From the sequence record SRR2962707_431: 54,909 nucleotides of DNA; one strand, 5' to 3'. A program made the position numbers and the translations under genes. The notes below the pieces were generated by a model. That model was not told the DNA's origin. It saw nothing but the letters and a program-made list of their open reading frames with translations, and searched no databases. Positions 36,948-47,796 of this stretch are shown here, one piece after another; the stretch's first letter is position 1, and each line of letters begins with the position of its first letter.

Positions 36948-37760
36948 ATGCTAAAAATTGAGAAAGTGCTTATCAAAACTTTTATGGTCATCATAATCGG
37001 TGGCTTGGTGGCCTGTGAGGGCAAAGAAGGTACCGTAGGTCCATCAGGAGAAGTAAGTCTTATTAACACAAGTATTGAAGCTCCAGGAACAAATTGTCCT
37101 AATGGAGGTATTCGTATTGAAACAGGAGTTGACACTAATGGTGACGGAATGTTGAACAATGATGAAGTTGTGAATACAAGTTTTGTATGTAATGGAAATG
37201 ATGGAACTGACGGTCACCTCAGTTTAACCAATGTAAATAGTGAAGTTGCCGGAGAAAACTGTCCAAACGGCGGTATCAGATTAGATACCGGTATTGATAT
37301 AAATGATAACCAAATATTAGATGTAGATGAAATTCAAATTACAAGATTTATATGCAATGGCTTGGATGGAGGAATCGATGAGGAAATTCGTTTACTATTT
37401 CCTGCCGGAATTACTGATTTGAGTACAACCAGTGCAACCGGAGTAGTTTATCTAAGTAATCAACTTTTTGCCTTTAATAAGAATGCATATCAAAATATTG
37501 CATCAGCACAACTTGTTGCCAGATTAAAAACCTCTGTAGAAAATATAAACTGCACAGTTGAACTCTATGATTTTACCAATGGGCATACCATTGAAAACAC
37601 GTCCATTGTAAGTGCCTCACCATCTTTTGAAAATGTATACTCGTCAGATTTTATTGCTAGCCTACCAAATGAAACTATCGATTTGGGATTAGCCATAACT
37701 TCAGGCCAAGAAGGAATTACAGTAAGTTATGAATCGGCAGTATTAATCTTAAAGAGGTAA
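36948..37760 (+). CDS. Lipoprotein with two Cys-containing repeats (DUF7151-like)
   Basis: Lipobox LVAC and a short G-x-x run. Repeats: PGTNCPNGGIRIETGVDTNGDGMLNNDEV..FVCNG and AGENCPNGGIRLDTGIDINDNQILDVDEI..FICNG. Confidence 0.75.
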   Translation: MLKIEKVLIKTFMVIIIGGLVACEGKEGTVGPSGEVSLINTSIEAPGTNCPNGGIRIETGVDTNGDGMLNNDEVVNTSFVCNGNDGTDGHLSLTNVNSEVAGENCPNGGIRLDTGIDINDNQILDVDEIQITRFICNGLDGGIDEEIRLLFPAGITDLSTTSATGVVYLSNQLFAFNKNAYQNIASAQLVARLKTSVENINCTVELYDFTNGHTIENTSIVSASPSFENVYSSDFIASLPNETIDLGLAITSGQEGITVSYESAVLILKR

Positions 37761-37778
37761 TCGAAAGAGAATTATCTG

Positions 37779-37806
37779 AAGGCTGTCTAATATGGCAGCC
37801 TTTTTT
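37779..37806. terminator. Rho-independent terminator between convergent genes
   Basis: aaggctgtc-taatat-ggcagcctt followed by tttt. Confidence 0.8.
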
Positions 37807-38107
37807 ATTGTTCCTTTTTCCTGTTTCGTATGCGTGTCCTGCTGATTCTTTCTAATCGCGATTGGAAAACACTTGAAGCGAAAGCGAAAATGATTCCGAT
37901 CCCGGACAGCACATAAAATGAAGTGAAGATTTTAGACACATCGGACGATGGACTCAGATCTCCATACCCAACAGATGTGAGCGTGATGACTGAAAAATAA
38001 AACGAGTCCACCCAACTCCACTCCTCCTGGTAATGATAGAAAATGGTACCAGTAGCCAACACGACGATGGCTAGTATAGTAATGTTCGATGGTTTAAGTA
38101 GTTGCAT
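37805..38107 (-). CDS. Minimal 2-TM potassium channel (Ion_trans_2)
   Basis: WSWVDSFYFSVITLTSVGYGDLSP pore helix and filter, flanked by two TM helices. Confidence 0.92.
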   Translation of the reverse strand: MQLLKPSNITILAIVVLATGTIFYHYQEEWSWVDSFYFSVITLTSVGYGDLSPSSDVSKIFTSFYVLSGIGIIFAFASSVFQSRLERISRTRIRNRKKEQ

Positions 38108-38194
38108 GCATAACTAATTTAAATCATAAAGTTGGACGAGATGTTATTTCTCAAACCGAATCATCGCTAAATTAGAATCAAATTAAGATTACCC

Positions 38195-39166
38195 ATGAAG
38201 CTAATTAAGAGGGCTATCCTATCACTTCTTGTTTTACTCGTTTTGCTTTATGCTGGCATTGCCTATATGCTGTCCAACAGAGTCCTGCAAACCAACAGTT
38301 CGTTCGAGAAAACACTCAATGATATCAATGTATATTGGGGTACCTCCTTCGAAGAGATGATGACATTGCTTCCTGAACCGCAACCCTTCAAAGTTGCCGG
38401 GGCTGATAATGTTTCCATAGCAGGTCAATACTTCAACGTCTCTGACTCTGCCACGTGTGTCTTCATTTTTGCCCATGGCTGGGCAAGAAGCTGGCCCAAT
38501 ATGCTTAAATACTATCCTATGGTGGATACATGCAGTTGTAACATTGTCATGTACGATCATCGGGCGCATGGTGAGAGTGAAGGCCAATATCCGACAGGTG
38601 GCATAAAAGAAGCACAAGACCTGATTGCCTTAACTGACTGGGTTGCCGAAGACAAAGGATATAGATGGGATCAAATAGCATGGCTGGGTAGTTCCTGGGG
38701 TGGTGCCACCGTGCTGATGGCGGGTGCAGAATCTAAGGATCCGGCCTTTATCGTAGCAGATGCAGCGTTCCAAAATTGGTTCTCAGCAGTTTTTGAGCGG
38801 GCTATCAAAGATTATGGAAGTGGTATTAAGTTAATTGCGCCTGGTGTGATGCAAGTGGTGAACTGGCGATCAGGAGTAAATTATAAGGATGCCAGCGCCC
38901 TGGAAGCAGTCAAGAAAATTCAGGAACCTGTCTTGCTAATCCACTCAGCTGCTGATCCTGAAACCAGTTCGGAGCAGTCCGTCAACATAGCCAAAAACCT
39001 GAACGATCGCTCAGAATTTCATCATACTCAATGGGGCAATATCCATGTGATGGATGTCATCAACAACACGGAAGAAATGGAGGCCATTCTTATTGATTTT
39101 ATTAAAAAGAATGAATTGACCTATTTCATTCCTAAAGAAGCACCTGCCGATTTAGATTCAAACTAG
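38195..39166 (+). CDS. Alpha/beta hydrolase with an N-terminal anchor
   Basis: FAHGW, YDHRAHGES, nucleophile elbow GSSWGG, LLIHSAAD and a late His. Confidence 0.9.
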   Translation: MKLIKRAILSLLVLLVLLYAGIAYMLSNRVLQTNSSFEKTLNDINVYWGTSFEEMMTLLPEPQPFKVAGADNVSIAGQYFNVSDSATCVFIFAHGWARSWPNMLKYYPMVDTCSCNIVMYDHRAHGESEGQYPTGGIKEAQDLIALTDWVAEDKGYRWDQIAWLGSSWGGATVLMAGAESKDPAFIVADAAFQNWFSAVFERAIKDYGSGIKLIAPGVMQVVNWRSGVNYKDASALEAVKKIQEPVLLIHSAADPETSSEQSVNIAKNLNDRSEFHHTQWGNIHVMDVINNTEEMEAILIDFIKKNELTYFIPKEAPADLDSN

Positions 39167-39274
39167 CTAGCTCGTTCAGGGCTTTTCATGGCCTGTAGTT
39201 TCCGCTCAACACAATTGTGAGTGAATAGCCTTTCATCCTATTTAAATTAAGGATGAAACGACACTAATAAGGAT

Positions 39275-42200
39275 ATGAAAATTTTACTTTCTCTCGCATG
39301 CATCCTGTCAGGCATTGTTGGCTTCTCTCAAAAATCAGACACAACAAAAACAGACAGCACCAAGACCAAAAAAGAAAAAAAGGATTTGCCGCTTGAACCC
39401 GGCAGAACCTTCAGCATCCAGACCGATCAGGTATCCTGGATGAGCCTGGACATTAGCCCTGATGGCAAAACCATCGCTTTTGATTTCCTTGGAGACCTCT
39501 ATTCCATCCCCTTTGAAGGAGGAACTGCCACCCAAATCACCTCCGGGATGCAGTTTGACGGGCAGCCACGATATTCTCCTGATGGCAAGCAATTAGTCTT
39601 CACCTCGGATAAAAGTGGTGGAGAGGGTATCTGGGTCATTGACCTTGAAAGCAAGGAAGATCGCCAAATCACCTCGGGCAAAAGCGACAGGTATCAATCT
39701 CCGGAATGGACACCAGATGGAGATTACATCATTGCTTCGAAAGCTGGAATGCGAAGAGGAACCATAAAATTATGGATGTACCATGTCGATGGTGGTACAG
39801 GCACCAAACTTATGTCAAGCCCGGACGGTCTTAAAATGACTGGTGCAGCCTTCGGAGCAGATGATCGATTCATTTGGTTCGGACAAAGAAGTGGCGATTG
39901 GCAATACAACGCCATCTTCCCTCAATATCAAATAGGAAGGTATGACAGGGAAACGGGCAATAGGGAGACCATGAGCTTTAGATATGGCAGTGGCATTCGC
40001 CCTACCCTTTCTCCGGATGGCAAATGGCTGGTTTATGGAACAAGATATGAGTCAGAAACAGGATTGATATTGAGGAACCTGGCCAGCGGTGATGAAAGAT
40101 GGCTGGCCTATCCTATCCAACATGACGATCAGGAATCGAGAGGAACCAGAGACGCCTTACCCGGTATGTCTTTTACACCGGATTCCAAAGAGTTGGTAGC
40201 TTCCTATGGTGGCAAAATCTGGAGAATTCCAGTAGCTGGTGGTGATGCGGTTGAAATACCTTTCAATATTGACGCTTCTATTGAACTGGGACCAGAGTTG
40301 CAATTTCAATACCCAATCCCTGATAGTGCCACATTTATCGTGAAGCAGATCCGGGATGCCAAACCATCGCCCGATGGCAAGCAGCTTGCCTTCATCTCTC
40401 TTGACCGCTTGTACGTCATGAACTTGTCAGACAAGACTCCCAGAAGAGTCACCAGAAACAACTTCACCGAAGCACAACCAACCTGGTCTCCTGACGGAGA
40501 GTGGATTGCATATGCAACGTGGGCTGAAGATACCGGTCATCTTTACAAGACCAAGGTGAATGGCCGAAGACCCGGTGAAACCATCAGGATTACCAATGAA
40601 AATGCAATCTATGAAGAGCCTGCCTGGTCAGCGGATGGTCAGCGAATAGTTGCATTGAAAGGCCCGGCTTCCAATTATAGAAACTCTCTGAACCAGGGAG
40701 CACCGGGAACTGCTCGGGAAATCATCTGGGTGAGCGCCAATGGTGGAAGCAACAACCTGATTGATTATGCTTACAGAAGATCGAATCCTCATTTCACCAA
40801 AAGAACGGACAGAATATTCCTCAACAACAATGACGGGGGATTGGTATCCATCAGATGGGATGGAACGGATGAGAAAGAACACTTAATTGTGACGGGTGAC
40901 ACACCTCCGGGATTTGATAATCCATTAGAAGCCTCTCGCATTTTCATGGGAGCTGATGAAAAGCAAGCAGTAGCACAAGTGTATAAGGATATGTACCTGG
41001 TTACTGTCCCGATGGTTGGAGGAAGCACACCAAAGATCAATGTGAGTCGAGGTGATAAGGCCAACTTCCCGGTAAAGAAGCTGTCAGATATAGGAGGTGA
41101 ATTCCTCAGCTTCACAAAGGATCAAAAGCAAGTGCACTGGAGTATAGGCAATGCCCATGTTATCTATGATCTCGCGGCAAGCAAAACCATGGAGGAGCAG
41201 CGAGAAGCAGTTGAAAAATCCTTTAAGGAAGAGGATAAAAAGCTAAAGTCTGATACACTTATTTATGAGCCGTTGGAATTCCGAATTAAGATTGAAGCTC
41301 AACGCGACATCCCACAGGGAATGGTTGCACTTACCAACGCGCGGATCATTACCATGAATGGCGATGAGATCATTGAGAATGGAACCATCCTGGTTAAAAA
41401 CAATCGTATTGAAGATTTGGGAAGTAATATTTCCATCCCTTCAGGTTATACCCAAATTGATTGCGCAGGAAAGACTATCATTCCGGGATTCGTGGATACA
41501 CACGCGCACGTGCGACCTGCTTTTGGAATTCATAAGAAGGAAGCCTGGCAGTTTTGGTCAAACATAGCCTACGGCGTGACTACCGTTCGTGATCCCCAGA
41601 CTTCCACGACGGATGTACTCACCTACGAGGATCGGGTTGTAGCCGGAAGTATGATTGGCCCACGTATTTATTCAACAGGTCCTGGTATGTTCTGGCAAGA
41701 GCAAATCAAAGATCAGGAGCATGCGAATAAGTTAGTGAGCAGATACTCGAAGTACTACGATACCAAAACCATCAAGATGTATGTGGCTGGTAACCGACAA
41801 CAACGTCAATGGATTATCCAGGCTTGTAGAGATCAGGAGATTATGCCGACCACAGAAGGCTCGTTGAATTTCAAGCAGAACCTCACTCAGATCATCGATG
41901 GATATCCCGGACATGAGCATTCGTTCCCTGTATTTCCATTGTATAAAGATGTCATAGAATTAGTGGCATTCTCCAAGACGGTTTATACGCCAACATTATT
42001 GGTAGCATATGGTGGCCCGTGGGGAGAAAATTATTTCTACACAAGAGAAAATCCGCATGATGACGAAAAGCTTAATTATTTCACCCCTCATGAAGAAATC
42101 GATCAAAAAACGAGACGAAGAGGTGCGGGAACAGGACCTGGCCCTGGTGGTTGGTTCATGGATGAGGAGCATGTGTTTGAGAGGTTGGCCATGGACGTAG

Positions 42201-42589
42201 ATGCAGTTGTCAAGGCAGGTGGTCGAGCAGGTGTTGGTAGTCACGGACAGCTTCAGGGACTTGGATACCATTGGGAACTATGGGCTGTTCAGTCTGGCGG
42301 GATGACAGAACATGATGCGCTAAAAGTAGCTACGATTGTTGGAGCAGAAGGAATTGGATTGTCAGATGAGTTGGGATCTTTGGAAAAAGGAAAGCTTGCA
42401 GATTTGCTTGTCTTAGATGGCAATCCGCTGGAAAACATCCGAAATACCAATACCATTTCACAGGTAATGAAAAATGGAAGGTTGTATGATGCTGGCACCT
42501 TAGATCAAATTCATCCTGCAGCCCAAAAAGCACCGGAAAGAATCTGGGAGATACCCAAACCTGTTAACTTACCTGGTTTGAAAAAATAA
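39275..42589 (+). CDS. Amidohydrolase with N-terminal PD40/TolB-like beta-propellers
   Basis: Repeated SPDG/WSPDG units; IIPGFVDTHAH, YGVTTVRDP, GSHGQLQG and GSLEKGKLADLLVLDGNPL. Confidence 0.93.
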   Translation: MKILLSLACILSGIVGFSQKSDTTKTDSTKTKKEKKDLPLEPGRTFSIQTDQVSWMSLDISPDGKTIAFDFLGDLYSIPFEGGTATQITSGMQFDGQPRYSPDGKQLVFTSDKSGGEGIWVIDLESKEDRQITSGKSDRYQSPEWTPDGDYIIASKAGMRRGTIKLWMYHVDGGTGTKLMSSPDGLKMTGAAFGADDRFIWFGQRSGDWQYNAIFPQYQIGRYDRETGNRETMSFRYGSGIRPTLSPDGKWLVYGTRYESETGLILRNLASGDERWLAYPIQHDDQESRGTRDALPGMSFTPDSKELVASYGGKIWRIPVAGGDAVEIPFNIDASIELGPELQFQYPIPDSATFIVKQIRDAKPSPDGKQLAFISLDRLYVMNLSDKTPRRVTRNNFTEAQPTWSPDGEWIAYATWAEDTGHLYKTKVNGRRPGETIRITNENAIYEEPAWSADGQRIVALKGPASNYRNSLNQGAPGTAREIIWVSANGGSNNLIDYAYRRSNPHFTKRTDRIFLNNNDGGLVSIRWDGTDEKEHLIVTGDTPPGFDNPLEASRIFMGADEKQAVAQVYKDMYLVTVPMVGGSTPKINVSRGDKANFPVKKLSDIGGEFLSFTKDQKQVHWSIGNAHVIYDLAASKTMEEQREAVEKSFKEEDKKLKSDTLIYEPLEFRIKIEAQRDIPQGMVALTNARIITMNGDEIIENGTILVKNNRIEDLGSNISIPSGYTQIDCAGKTIIPGFVDTHAHVRPAFGIHKKEAWQFWSNIAYGVTTVRDPQTSTTDVLTYEDRVVAGSMIGPRIYSTGPGMFWQEQIKDQEHANKLVSRYSKYYDTKTIKMYVAGNRQQRQWIIQACRDQEIMPTTEGSLNFKQNLTQIIDGYPGHEHSFPVFPLYKDVIELVAFSKTVYTPTLLVAYGGPWGENYFYTRENPHDDEKLNYFTPHEEIDQKTRRRGAGTGPGPGGWFMDEEHVFERLAMDVDAVVKAGGRAGVGSHGQLQGLGYHWELWAVQSGGMTEHDALKVATIVGAEGIGLSDELGSLEKGKLADLLVLDGNPLENIRNTNTISQVMKNGRLYDAGTLDQIHPAAQKAPERIWEIPKPVNLPGLKK

Positions 42590-42596
42590 CATGGCG

Positions 42597-42623
42597 AAAG
42601 CCTTCATTTCTGAAGGCTTTTTT
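42597..42623 (+). terminator. Rho-independent terminator
   Basis: aaagccttca-tttc-tgaaggcttt followed by ttt. Confidence 0.88.
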
Positions 42624-42832
42624 ATGCTTTTGCTCGCTTTCCAAAGGATAATACAGCTTATTTGATGAGTATTGAATCAGCTATATGCCGCCTTCACCAC
42701 CTGCAACCATTCCACATACTTCTATGTTGAAAGAAAGATATGGCCTACTAAAATTCAATATTGACACACTTATCTAAAATCAAAGAATATTCAACCGTTA
42801 TTTTCTTACTTTGACTTTGGATACACCACCAA

Positions 42833-45800
42833 ATGACCCTTCAAATCCCATATGTGAACCAATCAATTGGGTTCGTCCACCTCAAAAAAGGCATATTCAT
42901 GCTGGTGGTTTTGCTATTTCTTGGAATTTCAAATCAATCGTACTGTCAGGAAGAACTTAGCAATCAAAAGCGTCTAAGCCAGTTTGTTCTCAAAAATTGG
43001 AATACTGAAGACGGCCTAACTTCCGAATCTGTCAGTGAGCTTGTTCAGTCTGACGATGGCTACATATGGTTTGGCACCTACACCGGATTGCATCGATTTG
43101 ATGGGAAGAGTTTCACGGTCTATAACAGCAAAAACAGTCCACTCCCCTCTTCCAATGTATTGAGAATCAAAAAAGGAGGCAATGGAGTGCTTTGGGTAGG
43201 CACGCTGCATGGCCTAATCAGTTACCGAAATGGTGAATTCTACTTACCGCCTGCACTTGAACGTGTGCAAAACTTCAGCATTGAGGAAATGACCATTACC
43301 AGCAAAGAAGGTATCTGGTTTAGTACTAAATCCAACCAACTTTTCTTTTATGATGGGGATACGCTGGAGGAGTTTACAGAAAGAATAGGAGTTGATAAAA
43401 GTACCGTTCTGGCCATTGAAGAAGACAATGAAGGCAACATTTACTTTGGCACTGACGATTCACAAATAATCATTTATTCAAAGCAAAATGGTGTCACCAG
43501 AATTGAACTGGAGTCCTCGATCAATGGCGTAAATACATTGATCTGCAAAGATGAATTGCTCTATATAGGTACTGGTAGTGGCCTTTATACCTGGGATGGT
43601 CAGAAGCTCACAAAGAACACCATACTTGGCAACACAACAATCAATACGCTCACCATAGGTAAAGAAAACACCCTATGGCTGGGTACCATGAGAGGTCTTT
43701 TCAGGTATCAGCAAAATACTGGTCTGCTGGATTCACTAACAGAGGAAAATGGCAATCCCAACAATATCGTTCAGGATATGCTTTTTGATGATCAGGGGAA
43801 TTTGTGGGTTGGAACCTATCGCAAGGGGATCTTCTTCCTGGCAGATGGCTCCATTACCAGCTACACACAAAATGATGGTCTTGCAACTAATATTATAATC
43901 GGCGTTACAGAAATTGGCCCAGACACCTATCTGCTTGGGAATGAAAATGGCATATTAAATATCCTAAAGAAGGATCAGATCACTCAGATGAAAACTCCTT
44001 TGCCTATTCCGTCTGAGCGTCTTAAAAATCTTTTTACTGATCGGGAAGGTAGGATTTGGGTCAGTACATATGGTGGCCTGGTTATTTTGGATGGAAAGAA
44101 AAGTCGACACCTCACTGTAAGCAATGGTTTCGTGGATAATTTCGTTCGTTTAGCTTTTCAGGATAACGAAGGGACTGTCTGGGTGGGTACCAAGAATGCG
44201 GGTCTTGTGTTGTTTGAATCCTCGACAGATCAATGGAAACAAATCACGATTGATGATGGACTAAGCTCCAACTACATTCTTTCTGTTGAACAGCGCGCCA
44301 ACAACGACATCATTGTTGGAACCATCAGTGGGCTGAATATTATCAGGAACAAAGAAGTGATCAAGACGGTGAAAGTAGAGGACGGTCTCCCTTCCAATTT
44401 TATGTTTTCCACGCTTTCTACCTCCGGTTATATCTGGATTGCCTCCAATGACGGACTTACGGGATACAGCGAAGAAAAGATTGTGAATTTCAATACGGAA
44501 AATGGGATGCCATCCAATATTGTCTATGATGTATTGCTGGATGATCAGGGTACACTTTGGATGCCTTCGGAAAATTCGATCCTGAATGTCAAAATTGAAG
44601 AATTGGAAGAGGCAGCCGAGAATCCGGACAAGCAGATTCGTGTGAAACAGTTCGACACAAGCTACGGGATGAAAAATAGTCATTGCCTTGGGGCAGTACT
44701 TTCATACCATGATTCGGAAGGAAGATTCTGGGTTCCTACCATTGGCGGGATCGTCTTGATTGATCCGGATAAGATCAAACCACCGAGTTTTAGTCCCACC
44801 ATAATCATAGAAAATATTAGCGCTGATGGTCAGTCGATCCCATTGGGAGAAGATGTCATGATCCCTGCGAATACCAATAGACTTGCTATTGATTTTACAG
44901 GCATTAGCTATGCCCAATCTGACCTATTGCAACTTAGATATCGTTTGCTACCATTTGATGATGAATGGATCAATGCCACTGAAGAGCGTACAGGTCTGTA
45001 TACCAATCTTTCGCCTGGAACTTACGATTTCCAGCTTCAGTCCGGTATAGATGACATTTATTTTGATGAAGGATTATCACAGAAAATCATCATCGAAGCA
45101 GCCTGGTGGCAGACTACCTGGGCCAAAGTCCTGCTTGGGGTATTGATCATCTGTCTTGCACTCCTGATCTATTGGATGAGGTTGAGACGTTTAACCGTCA
45201 ACAATCTACGCCTTGAAATGACCGTAACGGATCGTACCAAGGAACTTGAGAGCCAGAAGCAGGAGCTAAAAATTGCCATAGATAAGCTAAAAGACGCTCA
45301 AGAACAGATGATCCAATCCGATAAGATGGCTTCTCTGGGTATTCTGAGTGCCGGAGTGGCCCATGAGATTAACAATCCATTGAATTTTATTCAAGGAGGT
45401 GTAGAAGGATTGGAACAGACCTTGAAGAACAACGAAAACATCAAAGAAGAAGATTACATTGTATTGATGGCAGCCATTAAAGAAGGAATCCATCGTGCCT
45501 CCACGATTGTGAATAGCTTGAATGAGTTCAGTCATTCTTCAGATACAAAGATGGAAGCCTGCGACATCCATCACCTGATAGAAAACTGTCTGACTATGAT
45601 TCGCTATCGTCTCAAACATGGCATTGATTTGGTAAAAGAATTTTCAGATGAGAAAATTGAAGTCATGGGTAACAATGGAAAACTTCACCAGGCATTTCTC
45701 AACATCATCACCAATTCCATTCAGGCCATCGAAAAAACTGGTGAAATCAAAATCATTACACAAATAGCCGGCGGAAACGTGATCATCAACTTTGTGGATT

Positions 45801-46000
45801 CCGGTGAAGGAATCAAGCCCGAAAACTTGAGTAAAATCACAGAGCCATTCTTCAGCACCAAGGATCCCGGAAAAGGGACCGGCTTGGGTCTTTCCATCAC
45901 CTACTCCATCATCCATGAGCATGGTGGGTCACTTCGGTATGCCTCCCAATTGGGTGAAGGAACCACCGCGACCATCACCCTGCCATTGATCAAAAAGTAA
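42833..46000 (+). CDS. Sensor histidine kinase with periplasmic Reg_prop beta-propellers and Y_Y_Y domain
   Basis: Repeated DGL.SN/LWVGT units, YRLLPFD..YTNLSPGTY, a TM helix, then EQMIQSDKMASLG..AGVAHEINNPL, DSGEGI and FFSTK.PGKGTGLGL. True start may be downstream (MLVVLL). Confidence 0.93.
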   Translation: MTLQIPYVNQSIGFVHLKKGIFMLVVLLFLGISNQSYCQEELSNQKRLSQFVLKNWNTEDGLTSESVSELVQSDDGYIWFGTYTGLHRFDGKSFTVYNSKNSPLPSSNVLRIKKGGNGVLWVGTLHGLISYRNGEFYLPPALERVQNFSIEEMTITSKEGIWFSTKSNQLFFYDGDTLEEFTERIGVDKSTVLAIEEDNEGNIYFGTDDSQIIIYSKQNGVTRIELESSINGVNTLICKDELLYIGTGSGLYTWDGQKLTKNTILGNTTINTLTIGKENTLWLGTMRGLFRYQQNTGLLDSLTEENGNPNNIVQDMLFDDQGNLWVGTYRKGIFFLADGSITSYTQNDGLATNIIIGVTEIGPDTYLLGNENGILNILKKDQITQMKTPLPIPSERLKNLFTDREGRIWVSTYGGLVILDGKKSRHLTVSNGFVDNFVRLAFQDNEGTVWVGTKNAGLVLFESSTDQWKQITIDDGLSSNYILSVEQRANNDIIVGTISGLNIIRNKEVIKTVKVEDGLPSNFMFSTLSTSGYIWIASNDGLTGYSEEKIVNFNTENGMPSNIVYDVLLDDQGTLWMPSENSILNVKIEELEEAAENPDKQIRVKQFDTSYGMKNSHCLGAVLSYHDSEGRFWVPTIGGIVLIDPDKIKPPSFSPTIIIENISADGQSIPLGEDVMIPANTNRLAIDFTGISYAQSDLLQLRYRLLPFDDEWINATEERTGLYTNLSPGTYDFQLQSGIDDIYFDEGLSQKIIIEAAWWQTTWAKVLLGVLIICLALLIYWMRLRRLTVNNLRLEMTVTDRTKELESQKQELKIAIDKLKDAQEQMIQSDKMASLGILSAGVAHEINNPLNFIQGGVEGLEQTLKNNENIKEEDYIVLMAAIKEGIHRASTIVNSLNEFSHSSDTKMEACDIHHLIENCLTMIRYRLKHGIDLVKEFSDEKIEVMGNNGKLHQAFLNIITNSIQAIEKTGEIKIITQIAGGNVIINFVDSGEGIKPENLSKITEPFFSTKDPGKGTGLGLSITYSIIHEHGGSLRYASQLGEGTTATITLPLIKK

Positions 46001-46002
46001 GC

Positions 46003-47796
46003 TTACCAGAATTCGTAGGTGTATGTAATAGTGTATTCGGGCTCGTTGTAGATATTGAATATTTCAGTCCGGTCTTTGAGTCCATTCTTATAATAGTGAA
46101 ATCTGGTCGATATCAACCCATCATTTTTATAGTACTCCGACTTAATTAACACATCATTATCGTAAAAAAACTTGTACTCATAATCACCATAGCTATCACC
46201 ATACTTGATGCTTGTCAACAATTCTCCTTCGTACTCATAGGAACAGCTGATTTTCCTGATTCCTTCATCCTCTCTTCGTTGCTTTATATGATTGCTTATC
46301 TCCTTTGCTTCAAATCCAACAATGGTTTTATACCTTTCATCATTCTCATCAATCTCAGGGTAAGTGTTCATATAAGCTGTTTCAACTACTTTGTTCCCAT
46401 CATAAACAAAAAATTGAGTTACATCAGGCATTCCCAAGGTAAAAATCGACTCATCATCAATGTTTTCATGTTTTATTTCAGTGGGCTGATTCATGTTATC
46501 GACCGTTATCTTTTTTTCAAAGGGATAGCTTGATTCTACCTCACCATTCTCAACTTTTTTCAAGTATTTGGCATACGCCTTCGGCCAATCATTTCCATAT
46601 AATAAGCTCTTCTCCGCGGATCCCAATCCCAAACCGTCCATGATATAAAAGAGATTCTTGTGTATGGGTTCATCCCAGAATTCCTTTTTGGTTTCGAACT
46701 TATTGTCATAAGGGTATGTGGTCTGAGTTACGAATTCATCCAATCCTCCGGTCGGAAGAAACGTAGCGATGGATACTATCTTTCCGGTTTTCTGCTGGGT
46801 ATCAGACTGATGACTAATAAATCTGGTGGTAATGGTTTTAATATCATTGAATCGCTCATCAATGATTAAATCTGAACTTGACTCAATCCCATCACAGCTT
46901 ACGATTACAAAAACCACAATCAACATCAATCCTGAAAAGTAGGTTACCCATTTGCGATGAAGTCCTGGTTTAGCCATTTCAATCAAGCGCTTCTTCAAAT
47001 ACCTTGCGCTGAAATGATTCATCATCATCGATCCATTCACTCGTTGAGAAAGAGATAGCAAGGTATCTGCATAGCTCTTCTTATCCTCAGTTCCTATGTA
47101 ACGTGCATCCGCTTCCAACTCTGTATTGATCCTTATCTGCCTTTTCAAAATCCAACTGAATGGATTGATCCAAAAAATAGCGCAATAGATATGACTGATC
47201 ATCACATCCAGGCTGTGAAAAAGCTGCTGATGAATTTGCTCATGTCTCAAAACCGTACTTCGCTCTTGTTGAATGTCTTCGCCAATGAATATCCAATTGA
47301 AAAAGGAAGCACCTCGAAAGCCTATGTCTGATACTTCATAGTAATCAAGCTGAGCATCTGTTCGAAGTGCTGATCTGGTTTTAAGTTTCCTAATCTGATA
47401 AATACCCAGCAGTACCCTCGTGATGAGAAACATGCTTACTGCCAAATAAGAAATCATAGCTATCATCCACCAATCAATAGATGCCTTTTTTTCATGCAAT
47501 TGTCGAGTTTCGGGAAGGGCTTGTTGAACGGCCAATTCTTCTGTCTTAGGGAACTCCTGATCAATAATAGGTTCAATTGCAACAGAAGCATCCGCCATCA
47601 TGGTATCAATGGTAACAGGTGATGCAGCTAGTGATTCGATGCTTATCAATGGAAAAATTAGAGAAGCCACTAGGCCACCAAGCAGGAAGTACCTTTTGAA
47701 GGTCGGTGTAGTGTGATTCCTGATCAATTGATATCCAAAACAGAAAATGCCGGATACAAGAGCCAACTCAAGTAGATAAGAAAGGAATGCATTCAT
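46003..47796 (-). CDS. BlaR1/MecR1-type M56 peptidase with an uncharacterised C-terminal extracytoplasmic domain
   Basis: ASFFNWIF, LRHEQIH..HSLD, FWINPFSW, ELEAD and LKKRL.EM; ATGA-coupled to BlaI. Confidence 0.9.
   Translation of the reverse strand: MNAFLSYLLELALVSGIFCFGYQLIRNHTTPTFKRYFLLGGLVASLIFPLISIESLAASPVTIDTMMADASVAIEPIIDQEFPKTEELAVQQALPETRQLHEKKASIDWWMIAMISYLAVSMFLITRVLLGIYQIRKLKTRSALRTDAQLDYYEVSDIGFRGASFFNWIFIGEDIQQERSTVLRHEQIHQQLFHSLDVMISHIYCAIFWINPFSWILKRQIRINTELEADARYIGTEDKKSYADTLLSLSQRVNGSMMMNHFSARYLKKRLIEMAKPGLHRKWVTYFSGLMLIVVFVIVSCDGIESSSDLIIDERFNDIKTITTRFISHQSDTQQKTGKIVSIATFLPTGGLDEFVTQTTYPYDNKFETKKEFWDEPIHKNLFYIMDGLGLGSAEKSLLYGNDWPKAYAKYLKKVENGEVESSYPFEKKITVDNMNQPTEIKHENIDDESIFTLGMPDVTQFFVYDGNKVVETAYMNTYPEIDENDERYKTIVGFEAKEISNHIKQRREDEGIRKISCSYEYEGELLTSIKYGDSYGDYEYKFFYDNDVLIKSEYYKNDGLISTRFHYYKNGLKDRTEIFNIYNEPEYTITYTYEFW

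Noticed and set aside
42624..42832. Possible small gene or sRNA in the 200-bp gap
   Set aside because: Only very short, featureless ORFs and no convincing structure or terminator; probably the kinase promoter region.
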